The notes under the pieces were generated by a model. The model did no database searches. It saw only the letters and a program-made list of their open reading frames with translations, and was not told the DNA's origin. A stretch of DNA of 64,000 nucleotides. Origin: Octopus vulgaris (taxonomy: Eukaryota). The DNA lies in contig OX597825.1 of the NCBI GenBank assembly GCA_951406725.2, positions 5,766,001 through 5,830,000 on the forward strand. The letters are read 5' to 3'. The translations under genes and the position numbers were made by a program. Of this stretch, positions 39,845 through 51,830 are shown one piece after another; within the stretch, counting starts at the first letter, position 1; the number at the start of each line of letters is the position of its first letter.

Positions 39845-41477
39845 GCGTTTGCTTTTGGGTGGTGCATGTTCTTAGATGTTAGTAGTTTTCTTGTCTTCCT
39901 GTCCAGGCGTTGGAGCTCTGTAAGATTCCAGTTAATGATGTTAAAACTGTATTGGACTATTGGAAGTGGCACCGTGTTAATGGCTTCGATGCATTTTTAG
40001 CGTTCAGTTCAGTTTTTAGTATGAGACTTACTCTATTGTAATACTCCCTTCTTATTTTTTCCTTCATGGTAGCATGTTATATACCATCTCCTCCGTTTAT
40101 TCCCAGGTATTTATAATTTTCTTGTGCGTCAAGCTCCTTGAAGTTAGTGTCGGTATCTAATTTAATGGAAGCTGTTTGCTTGAGCTTGTCTCTTATAAAA
40201 GTTGCTTTGGCACTCTTATGAAAGCCAAAATCCATCCCGATATCATTGCTTTAACAGTTGTTAGCAGTCCTACAAGCACTTCGTCATTTCTAGCAAACAA
40301 CTTCAGATCGTCCATGTAAAACAGATGGTTTATTGTGGTATTGTAAACTTTGAACCCACACCTGGCATTACTCAGTTCGTTTGAGAGTGGGGTCAGTGCC
40401 ATGAAAAAGATTAATAGGGGAGAGGGAGTCATCTTGAAAGATGCCGCCTCGTTTGATGTTGATGTTGTTAGATTGGCTCATCCCATTACTATGGTTTAGA
40501 AGGAGACGTGTATTCCGCTTGACCATTCTACCTTGGAAGAATCTGGAGACGACAGGAGAGATTTTATATATCTCAAGGGCCTTGAATAGCCTTGGGTGTG
40601 GGACACTATTAAACGCTTTCGTGTAGTCTATCCATGCCATAATCAGGTTCTTCTTGTTGCTCCGGCAATTCTCTACAATCATTCTATTTATTGAGTAATT
40701 GATCTTTGCATCCATAAGAATTCCTTTTATAACCCTTTTGAGCTTGTGGAAGGATAGAGTTCTGTTCAAGGAAAGTGTATATTCTTTCAGTTAGTATCGA
40801 TGTGAGGATCTTGTAGGTGGCGTTAAAACACGTTATTGGTCGGTGGTTCTTTAAATTTTGTGTGTCTTCAGTTTTTGGTAGAAGATATGTTGTTCCTTCG
40901 GTCAGTCAGGCATTTAGGGATGCTGCAAAATGTTGGTGTACCTCTGTCAAATAATTTAGGCAGAAGTTAAGGATCCGGTCCAGGCCTGGGGTTTTCCATT
41001 TGTGAGACTTTCTAAGAACACATCTTAGCTCTTCTACTCCTATGACCTCCCATTTCTGCTCTTCAACGTCATCCAGACTCACTCTCTCACGCTCACTCCA
41101 ATCAGCATCAGCTCCGTATCTTCTTCCAAATGTCTTCCATCTCCTCAGTCTTAGGTGGTTCATTCACTTCTATCTTACTTTTGCCAATTTCTCTATAAAA
41201 TTTCTTTGTATCCGTCTTAAATACCTTGTTTCGTTGATAAAATTTGATTCTTTTGTCATACCTTCTGAGCCGTTGGGCTTTCAGTTGTATTCTTTGTTTC
41301 ATTATTTCCTTGGTTGCAGGGAAGTTTATAATATCTTTGATTTTATATTTTTGCTTGATTTTTCTAGCTTTTTTTCATCTTAACATTTACTCTTTTAACA
41401 AATTCATCGAGAAATGATACATCTGCCCGCGAAAATTCGATTTCTTTTTGTATTGCTACTTTCCGCTTAGGAGGTCT
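39845..41477 (-). pseudogene. R4/Dong-like non-LTR reverse transcriptase, multiply frameshifted
   Basis: RLRRYDKR..KKFYREI, WKTPGLDRI, RPITCFNATYKILTS, AWIDYTKAFNSVPH, GIFQDDSLSP, NHLFYMDDLKLFA. Confidence 0.93.
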
Positions 41478-41490
41478 ATTATTATCATCA

Positions 41491-41566
<76 letters not shown>

Positions 41567-41571
41567 CAACA

Positions 41572-41638
<67 letters not shown>

Positions 41639-41646
41639 CAACATCA

Positions 41647-41713
<67 letters not shown>

Positions 41714-41771
41714 TATTATTATTATTATTATTAGTATTAGTATTATTATTATTATTATCATCATTATTATA

Positions 41772-41803
<32 letters not shown>

Positions 41804-41895
41804 CATTATTATCATTATTATTATTATCATTATTATTATTATTATTATCATTATTATTATTATTATTATTATCATTATTATCATTATTATTATTA

Positions 41896-41932
<37 letters not shown>

Positions 41933-41986
41933 CATCATCATCATTATTATTATTAATATTATTAATATTATTATTATTATTATTAC
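41478..41986. repeat. (ATT)n array, ~0.5 kb
   Basis: Direct inspection; abuts the 5' end of the RT fragment. Confidence 0.97.
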
Positions 41987-41990
41987 TTAA

Positions 41991-42108
41991 GGCGGTGAGC
42001 TGGCAGAATCGTTAGCGCGCCGGACGAAATTCCTAGCGATAATCTGCCTGTTGCTACGTTCTGAGTTTAAATTCCGCCGAGGTCAACTTTACCTTTCATC
42101 CTTCGGGG
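41991..42108 (+). mobile_element. SINE family A, 5' part
   Basis: ggcggtgagctggcagaatcgttagc head. Confidence 0.85.
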
Positions 42109-42785
42109 TTGCACATATGAATGCATGTTTGTTCGTATGAACGTTTGTATATACATGATACTAAGCGGTAGGGAGCGATGTCGCGTATCTTGCAGCCAGT
42201 CAGTTCTTGTCTAATACGTAAACTAAGAATCTTCGTAATTCTGTATAGGAATTATTACTTCAAACACATTACTTATTTTATTTATGAGACAGAAAAACAC
42301 ATGTTTTTAGTTGTTTAAATAATTGCGCTTTAATTACTTCTACCTGTCTCCTGTCCTAGCTTGATTTCAACCTCGTTTAGGCTTGGCAGCCATTCCTATT
42401 TGTTTTCACTGTTCTGTTTGAGTTACCTATTTTGACCCTCCCGCAAAATCCCAAATTTTATTTAATTTGCATTGCGGGAGCAACTGTTTTATCGAAAGCG
42501 TATATTGTTGTTAAATGCTCGAAATAGAGACTAGAGACTAGAAAAACAGGCAACCACTGATGAAGTGTCGTTCATTATGTTGTTTGTTTTGTTTTTTATT
42601 TGTGTCTTTCGTTGTTCGAAAGAATAATTCATGTCCCATGTACGCGTGCTTTTTACTTTTTTGTTGTACAAGTTTCGTGACGTCCTGTGCCCACATATGC
42701 TCATATATATATATATACGTATAGATGTAAGTATGTACATATACGTATGTATATATGCATATATATATATATATATTATTTATAT

Positions 42786-42856
<71 letters not shown>

Positions 42857-42860
<4 letters not shown>

Positions 42861-43092
42861 ACAATAAAGGAACGGCCATAATAGGCCATTCACCCACTAG
42901 AAATAACAGCCAAAGCTTCAACCGCAAATAAAAGTCAATTCAGTAAACCAGGAGAAAATTTAAAAAACATTTTTTTTTTTTTTTTTTTAATTTTCTCCTG
43001 GTTTACTGAATTGACTTTTATTTGCGGTTGAAGCTTTGGCTGTTATTTCTAGTGGGTGAATGGCCTATTATGGCCGTTCCTTTATTGTTGAT
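42857..43092. repeat. Perfect 104 bp inverted repeat with 28 nt A/T spacer
   Basis: 42857-42960 is the exact reverse complement of 42989-43092. Confidence 0.97.
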
Positions 43093-43192
43093 GTTGAACT
43101 TAAAAATGGTCTATGACTATTTTAATTTTTTCCTACTAGGCCGCTGGTGGCAAAAGAATTCTACAAAATTTTTTTTGCCACCCTATATTGAT

Positions 43193-43244
<52 letters not shown>

Positions 43245-43250
43245 AACATA

Positions 43251-43413
43251 CGACGGTCTGCTTTCAGTTTCCGTCTACCAAATCTACTTACAAAGCTTTG
43301 GTCGGCCCGAGGCTATAGTAGAAGACACTTGCCCAAGGTGCTACGCAGTGGGACTGAACACGGAACCATGTGGTTGGTAAGCAAGCTACTTACCACAAAG
43401 CCACTCCTGTGCC
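43251..43413 (-). mobile_element. SINE family B, 5' half
   Basis: Reverse complement of the 21461 head. Confidence 0.88.
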
Positions 43414-43429
43414 TATATATATATATATA

Positions 43430-43805
43430 TATCGGGCTCGGTAAAAAGTAAGCTACGTTTTGAAACATGAAATTCATCACAATATATTTCAACAATGCGG
43501 AAATTTTATCCATCAATCAACACAGATTTGCCAACGAGTTACAAGATTGTTTATTCCGGTAACATAAAAATATGGAGTTCTGGCGCTTATGAACTCTTTG
43601 AACGCACTTTCATCATTGGTTTGATTTTTGAACTCCTTCTCTCACAAGAAACCATATAGGTGCTTGAAAAAATAGTAGTCGGTAAGAGAACAGTCTGGGA
43701 AATAAACTGGGTGGGGAAGAACTTCGTAGCCAAGTTCTCTGGACTTCTGGAGCCTCATTAGCGAAACGTGTGGTCGAGCATTGCCATGAAGAATGATTGA
43801 CCCAC
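43430..43805 (-). mobile_element. Mariner 3' remnant
   Basis: IILHGNARPHV...LGYEVLPHPVYFPDCSLTDYYFFKHL...TGINNLVTRWQICVD. Confidence 0.9.
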
Positions 43806-44112
43806 TTCTGCTCAATCAGCTAAAAAAACCAGTGACACTAGAGATGTTGAGATGACCAGAAACCAACTGCAATTCAGACATTATTGTATATACGAGAACT
43901 AGGAGTCCTCGATACCCAGTGGTTCAGATGATAATTAACCTACAGCTGAGACCCTAACAGGTGAAAATCTACCGGGTTAGGGTATAACTGGGGACAATAG
44001 TAGATAAGAAGCGATTCCACACTCTTCAAAACCCAAGAACTCCAAAAGCAGGGCCCCACTATCGGATTCAGTTTAAAGTATTACCTAGGACATACATACA
44101 TGCATACATGCA

Positions 44113-44341
44113 TACGCTGAACTATTGAGGAATCTGCAGTTACTCTATCCAGATTACAAGTTCAGGTTTATACCTGTAATTATTGGAGCACTGGGCCCAT
44201 ATAACACACACCCTAAATACCAACCTTGAGAAATTAGGCTTCTGAAAACCAGAAAGGAGAAAGATAATTCGAAGACTACAGATCCAATCCATCACCGGAA
44301 CTGTACAAATCTGTAAAACTTTCACGAGGTTTATCATTTAA
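44113..44341 (+). pseudogene. Restriction-like endonuclease C-terminus of an early-branching LINE (R4/NeSL-like)
   Basis: YAELLRNLQLLYPDYKFRFIPVIIGALG...RRLQIQSITGTVQICKTF, with a frameshift and a stop. Confidence 0.8.
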
Positions 44342-44759
44342 GTATATATGAGTATGCCTAGATATGCAAGTATATGGATGAGAATACATACATAAATCAA
44401 AACATACACATCTACACATATATATACATACACACATGCAAAAATACTTTGTTGATGTTGTTAAAATTCCAATGAAGGAACGTTGGATCCTGGTTAGAAA
44501 CTGGCTCTTTCTCCATTGGCATGAAATCTTGAAATAAGCACATTTATAGATTAGCCTTTTCACTTTGTTTTTGACCAATTAGAATTCTGCAAACAACTTA
44601 AATAGACTCAAAGACAAATAAATATACAGACAGACATTCATTCATAGATGCAGATGTACAAATAATTATGAGAGAGTGGGCGCCCTCACGGACAGATTCA
44701 CTCATTCACGTATATATATAGGCAACCACGTCTAAACACACAGAACGAAATACATACAT

Positions 44760-44841
<82 letters not shown>

Positions 44842-44956
44842 GGACAGGATGAATTGATAGATAGATGGATGGATGGACGGACGGACGGATGGATGGATGG
44901 ATGGATGGATGGATGGATGGGTGGATGGATGAATGGATAGACAGACAGACAGACAC

Positions 44957-45037
<81 letters not shown>

Positions 45038-45545
45038 CAGGTAGGTAGTTAGGTAGGTAGGTAGGTAGGTAGGTAGGTAGGTAGGTAGGTAGGTAGGTAG
45101 GCAGGCAGGTAGGTAGGTAGGCAGGTAGATATCTAGACAGACAGATAGAGGGAGAGAAAGAGAGAGAGGTGGGTGTTTGGTGTTTAAATAGTCTGATAGA
45201 CATATTGTCAAACAATTTTCAATAAAGACAAGGTTAAATTATATGAACAATCATCGGGAAAACGGGGAATGTTTTGAAAGATGTAAATATGTTCGGTTAT
45301 ATACTCTTCTTTCTTTCCATCGTCTCTCTTTGTCACATTCTCTCTTTTTCTTCTTTTCTTTCTCTCTCTCTCTCCTTTCTCTCTCGCTCTCGCTCTCTCT
45401 CTCTCCCTCCTCCTTTCACTGTTTTGAAATTGTTTCGTCTACAGAGTGTTATAGTTGCACCAACAGCACCTGCAGCCAGAATCAACCAAAGACTGCGACA
45501 CACTCACACACACTTATACATATGTATACGCATACACACACACAT

Positions 45546-45580
<35 letters not shown>

Positions 45581-45810
45581 ATATATATATATACATATAT
45601 ATATATACATATATATATATATACATATATACACATATATATATACATATATATATATATACATATATATATATACATATATATACATATATATATACAT
45701 ATATATATACATATATATATAGATATATATACATATATACATATATATATATATGTATATATATGTATATATATACACATATATATATATATATACACAC
45801 ATATACATAA

Positions 45811-45861
<51 letters not shown>

Positions 45862-46042
45862 CATATATAGACATATATGTATATATATATATATATGTAT
45901 ATGCAGGTGTAGATGTATGTGTATACATTTCAAAGGCCATTAGCCTTCTGTGATCTAATTTTCAACGTATGTATACGTTAAATATGTTCAACAATCCGTC
46001 CATCCATCCATCCATCCAGTCATTCGACCATTCACACCTACG

Positions 46043-46218
<176 letters not shown>

Positions 46219-46853
46219 CTACCGACATATCTATCATGAAAATTTAAACAAGACACATAAACATAACATATGAGGTTGTTAACCTCCCAATTCTGAGACT
46301 ATTCACATATATATATATATATATATATGCACCCGTGCGCACACTTATATATATAGTTGTTGTGTCTAGGAAGGGTCATTAATCTAGTAATAATAAACAT
46401 ACACACCAGTGCGCGTGTATATTATTGCTATTGGCGTAATGATCCTGCAAAGACTCAACAAGATTTGTTTCAGCACACCATTTCACATCTAGAACCTTGC
46501 ATAGCAAATACATTAGCGAAGTACATACATACATACATACACACATACATACATACATACATACATACATACATACATACATACATGCATACATATATGG
46601 ACATATTTATACACACACGCCCACATATGCATACACACAAACATACATACATGCATACAGACATACAGACATACAGACTTACATACATATGTGTGTATGT
46701 GTGTGTGTATAAATATGTGCATTTATGTATGTGTGTGTGTGTGTATAGTGCAATAACCACCGAAATAGGAAATTAAAAACCTCGTTTACTATACCTGTGC
46801 GTTTCTTTCTTCTCTTTATACATGTGTGTCTGTGTGTATGTGTGTGTACATTG

Positions 46854-46904
<51 letters not shown>

Positions 46905-47017
46905 TCGATAAAGATAGATTGATATATACATAAATCGATAAAGACAGACAGATAGACAGGCAGACAGATAGGCAGACAGGCAGACAGACAGACAGGCACA
47001 CAGGCAGACAGACAGAC

Positions 47018-47096
<79 letters not shown>

Positions 47097-47130
47097 CAGG
47101 CAGGCAGACAGACAGACAGACAGACATATT

Positions 47131-47193
<63 letters not shown>

Positions 47194-47363
47194 TTATAGA
47201 TAGATAATTGTTTAAAGTTCGAACGTCGATCAGGGATGTTCATCTTTTTTTTCAATCTACGGAGAAACGGTTCATTCTGCCCTGTTGTTATACCTACTAT
47301 ATATGTAATTATAACATGTAACCAACTGAGACCGAACTCAGTGCTCAAATGGCACTTATGTTT

Positions 47364-47484
47364 CGACCCGGAAAGGATGAAAGGTAAAGTCGACCTCGGC
47401 GGAATTTGAACTCAGAACGTAACGGTAGACGAAATACCGCTAAGCATTTTGCCCGACGTGCTAACGTTTCTGCCAGCTCGCCAC
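47364..47484 (-). mobile_element. SINE family A, 5' part
   Basis: Ends gccagctcgccacc. Confidence 0.88.
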
Positions 47485-47627
47485 CCTTTCTCATATTATA
47501 TCGGTTGAAAAAATGTTTATACCATTTTTTTTGTTCTATATTTAAGAGATGAGGAATTATGTACATTATTTATATTATTTACATTATTTACATTTCACGG
47601 ATATTTGTCCTCATCTTGTTTGTTGTT

Positions 47628-47673
47628 AACACAACGTTTCGGCAGATATACCTTCCAGCCTTCATCAGGTGTC
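47628..47673 (-). ncRNA. Minimal type I hammerhead ribozyme motif with intact core and extra A
   Basis: GACAC-CUGAUGA-A-GGC..GCC-GAAA-CG-UU-GUGUU; 5 bp stem I. Confidence 0.8.
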
Positions 47674-47720
47674 TTGGGGAAATTTCGAACTTGCGTTCTC
47701 CTTCCTAAGGTACTTTTCGA

Positions 47721-47808
<88 letters not shown>

Positions 47809-47811
<3 letters not shown>

Positions 47812-48161
47812 TAGTTTTATTTTTATAGCGTGCTTTCACTTCACTACCGAGCGCAGCTCTGTGTGCCTTGGGTATGTGCTGTGATTTGTTGTGATGCTCT
47901 GATGGTTATTGTATGGAAAGTGTTCTGCGTAGGATGTGTGCAGTGCCTAGTAGTGCAATTTTCTGTATGTTATATGTGTTTGTAAGTCCTGGTGTTTTTG
48001 TTATGTATTTGTCTGAATATTTTTTTATCATGCCTAATGCACCTACTATGATAGGAATTGTTTCTGTTTTCAGATTCCACATTCTAGTTACCTCTATTTC
48101 CAGGTCTTTGTATTTTGAGAGTTTCTCCATTTCTTTTAGAGACACGTTGTCATCTGCCGGT
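47809..48161 (-). mobile_element. R4/Dong-like LINE 3' fragment (REL endonuclease C-terminus, open frame, plus 3' UTR)
   Basis: ORF 47906-48145 KEMEKLSKYKDLEIEVTRMWNLKTETIPIIVGALG..IQKIALLGTAHILRRTL; followed by (TAA)n at 47723-47808. Confidence 0.9.
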
Positions 48162-48254
48162 ATGTAAATAATGTAAATAATGTATCATTTTTTTCTGTTG
48201 GCGGTTTCTAAACACGTGATTTCGTTTCTCATATGACCGACGTATAATCCCAGA

Positions 48255-48485
48255 CATGTTTTATGGAGATGGCTCCATAGTCAAGAGAACTGTTCGTAAG
48301 TGGTTCCCTGACTTTTGAAGTTAAATTTTTCATCAGGAAAACTAAGAATGTTCCGGGAAGCGTAGTCTTTGATGCTGACCAAATGAAAATGCGAATCAAA
48401 AGTAATTCAGGTCACATGACACGGGGTATGACAGAGAAGCTCCATATTTCTCAAACAATAGTCATAAAGTATTTAAAAACATTTA
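48255..48485 (+). mobile_element. Mariner transposase N-terminal (HTH) remnant
   Basis: YGDGSIVKRTVRKWF...DADQMKMRIKSNSGHMTRGMTEKLHISQTIVIKYLK. Confidence 0.75.
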
Positions 48486-48517
48486 TAAACACGCACGCAC
48501 ACACACACACACATACA

Positions 48518-48567
<50 letters not shown>

Positions 48568-48758
48568 AATAGATGAGTGTATTTTACCTTGTTAACAATT
48601 AACACGGATAAATAAATGAATAGTTACCAGGGCAGCAAAAATCTCACAAGTAAAGAGGTAACTCCTTGTTTATAAAGGTTGAAACTTCTTGTTTACGTTG
48701 AATATTTGAATAATATGAATAAAAAATGGAGTTAACGCAGGTTTAAACAAGTATTTTT

Positions 48759-48845
48759 ACTTTCTACATATGTTTCAAAAATTCCACTGATACTTATTCA
48801 AAAGAATAAAAGGTATAAACAATGCAATCTTCTCTTCGGGAAAGT
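48759..48845 (-). ncRNA. Type I hammerhead ribozyme motif (U4C core)
   Basis: ACUUUC-CCGAAGA-GAAGAUU..AAUUUUU-GAAA-CAUAUG-UA-GAAAGU; perfect 6 bp stem I, palindromic stem III. Confidence 0.85.
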
Positions 48846-49045
48846 GAAAAAACGAAACTTGTCAATACGACATTTTAGCAAAAAATGATGGATTCGTATA
48901 GCGATAGACAGAACGCTATTAATATTGTTTAAAAAAACGTTATATGATATAACGTCATAAGTAGCTAACAGAAAGAGTAGGGATATTAATAGTGAATGTT
49001 AAATATAAAGGAAATTAAAGTCTAAACTATATATAATGATAGAGA

Positions 49046-49252
49046 CTACTTATATGCACTAAAAGTATGTTTCTGCCAATGCTTACATCTGTATGCTCGT
49101 TCTATAACTGTGTTTACTAGAGTATTTTTAGAAAAAATAATGAAAAATAGCTCAGAATTGCAGAGAAGACAGAATTTCTTGCCTTTGTCATATGGTATCG
49201 AAATTGAGAGGATCAACCATTCTAAATGAAATTGTTCATTGTGGTCTTTTAA
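49046..49252 (-). pseudogene. PLE GIY-YIG endonuclease C-terminal 68 codons, uninterrupted (absent from ORF track, no start)
   Basis: LKDHNEQFHLEWLILSISIPYDKGKKFCLLCNSELFFII...LVNTVIERAYRCKHWQK..* has the W..Y..CxLC..E..N..E..CxH pattern. Confidence 0.85.
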
Positions 49253-49254
49253 AT

Positions 49255-49335
49255 CCGAAGAGAAGATTGCATTGTTTATACCTTTTATTCTTTTGAATAA
49301 GTATCAGTGGAATTTTTGAAACATATGTAGAAAGT
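49255..49335 (+). ncRNA. Inverted copy of the 48759 hammerhead, lacking the 5' strand of stem I
   Basis: The inversion begins exactly at CCGAAGA. Confidence 0.8.
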
Positions 49336-49374
49336 AAAAATACTTGTTTAAACCTGCGTTAACTCCATTTTTTA

Positions 49375-49418
<44 letters not shown>

Positions 49419-49431
49419 CATGCATGTGTGG

Positions 49432-49810
49432 AGGCGCACTTGCCCAGTGGTTAGGGCAGCAGACTCGCGGTCATAGGATTGCGGCTTCGATTCCCAGACC
49501 GGTCGTAGTAAGTCTTTTTTTTGAGTGAAAACACCTAAAAGCTCCACGAGTCTCCGGCAGGGAATGGTGGTGAATCCTGCTGTACTCTTTCACCACAACT
49601 TTCTCTCAGTCTTTCTTCCTGTTTCTGTGGTACCTGTATTTCAAAGGGCCAAACTTGTCACACTCTGTGTCACGCTGAACCTTCCTGAAAACTACGTTAA
49701 GAGTACACGTGTCTGTGGAGTGCTCAGCCACTTTCATGTTAATTTCACGAGCAAACTATTCCGTTGATCGCATCAATTGGTACCTTCGTTGTCGCAACCG
49801 ACGGAATGCC
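49432..49810 (+). mobile_element. SINE family C-related (tRNA head, variant middle, tail type 2)
   Basis: ggcgcacttgcccagtggttaggg head; tail matches 3250-3430. Confidence 0.8.
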
Positions 49811-49845
49811 GCGACGACGTATGCATGTACTTATATGTATATATA

Positions 49846-49913
<68 letters not shown>

Positions 49914-50019
49914 GGGGGGGGGCGTATATATACATATATATGTATATATATGTATATATATATATATATATATACGCACATATATATATATATTACCCAT
50001 AATAATACAAAGGAACAAT

Positions 50020-50057
<38 letters not shown>

Positions 50058-50397
50058 TAGCGAAAGATGGCTTATGTGTATGCAAAAATTCGCTGGCGAT
50101 GTCTTCCTGATAATGGAAACGTATATAAGTCTGCGAGTCTTTCAGTCGGTTTATCGTACTTAATGAAAGGTTATCTCTGGTCGAGGAACTGTTATTATTA
50201 GATTGGAAAAGAAGAACAAAAAGAGAAACCAATACAACAACAACAATAACGAAAAAAAAAATGAAAATAAAAAAAATAATAATAAAGCAGCCAGAGTATC
50301 GGCGTCTGGATCTTGAAGAAGATACATTTGTGAGGATGGATAGCTTAGATGTAGTTTGGCTTAGCAGCTGTTCTGAAACGTTGTTGTTGCTGTTGTT

Positions 50398-50435
<38 letters not shown>

Positions 50436-50734
50436 ATTGACTTGTCTTTTTGTGTTGTCTTTTCCTTTGTTTTCAACATTAATTCTTGTAGTTATTGTTT
50501 AAGACTTCTAAATGGTGTTTAGAAAGCTTTGCGAGTCGTTAAAGTTCATAGAAAAGTTATCTCGATCTAAATCTCCACAATCTTCATCGCTCTCTTTTTT
50601 CTCTGTCTGTCTCACGCCCTCTCTCACTCTCTCCCTCTCTCTCTTGTCCTCTCTCTCTCTCCTTTTCTCTCCCTCACTCTCGTTTTCTCTCTCTCTCTCC
50701 CTCTCAATCATTCACCATCTCTCACTTTGTCTCC

Positions 50735-50984
50735 CCCATAAACCCCCGTTACGTCCGAGCATGAAATGAATCGTGCGTACGTCTCGGCTCCCGGCGTGGA
50801 AAACCCTTCAAACAGGTCCCCCACTCCGCCTTCCTTAATCTACGTCCTTCTCTGTGCCTCCCCCTTCTCTCTCTCCCTCCTCTTCTCTCTCACTACCTCT
50901 CTCTTTCACCCACCCCCCACCCATAAACCCCCGTTAGGTCCCTGAATAAAATGAACCTTGCGTGCGGTTCGGCTCTCTGTGTGG
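50735..50984. repeat. Ungapped 65 bp direct duplication (50735-50799 / 50920-50984), 52/65 identical
   Basis: Both copies start cccataaacccccgtta; manual alignment. Confidence 0.85.
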
Positions 50985-51448
50985 GTTTTGTGATATAAAA
51001 TAACTGGAGAGAAAGCCCATCTAACTAGTGCTCCCCTCCCCACATGACCACCACCATCAACCGCTCTCTCCGCCCTCCTTGCTGCACTTCACTACCCTCA
51101 ACGTTTCGAGACATTTATCAACCAGATGACTCTCATATTTCAATCTAACCGAAGCCATTACGGCTGATCAAGTATCTTTGTAATTTAACCAGAGATGGCC
51201 TACCAGTTGGTGGGATGCGTGTACATCGCCCCCTATGTATTTGCACGCATGAATATGTATTTGTGTGTGTTTGTGTGCGAGTGTGTGTATGTGTGTGTGT
51301 ATGTGTGTGTGTCTGTCTTTCTCTGTGTGTGTGTGTGTGTGTGTATCCATCTATTTATCACTCGCGTCTTTCTTTCTTTCTCTCTTTCTTTTTCCCTCTG
51401 TATATAGGCATTTATATGTGTGTGTACACAGAGAAAGAGAGAGAGAGA

Positions 51449-51830
51449 GACGCAAAGGCGTGGGTGTGTGGTAAGAAGTTTGATTTCCAACCACACGGTT
51501 TCGGGTTCAGTCCCACTATGCAGTACCTTGGACATAGCTCCACGCTGACAAAATCCTTGTGAGTGGAACTGATAGATGGAAACTGAAAGAATCCTGTCGT
51601 GTATATGTATACGCGTGTGTGTGTGTTTCTGTTTGTCTCTTACAAACCAGTGTTTGTTTGTTTACGTCCCCATAAGTCTGCGGTTTTGTAAAAAAATAGG
51701 CCACCAAAATACTCAGTAAAAATTAAAAAGAAATGGTCAAGGGCCGATTTGTTCGGCTAAACCCTTCAAAAGGATGCCCCAGCAGGGGCGCAGTCTAACA
51801 AGTGAAACCAGTAAAAGATATAAAATAAAA
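51449..51830 (+). mobile_element. SINE family B, degenerate full length
   Basis: Colinear with 21461-21890. Confidence 0.8.

Larger units (their letters stand above)
48555..49381 (-). mobile_element. 5'-truncated Penelope-like element with inverted partial pLTR
   Basis: GIY-YIG C-terminal frame 49046-49252, HHR downstream, perfect 127 bp inverted copy (48713-48839 / 49255-49381), TA repeats on both sides. Confidence 0.9.
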
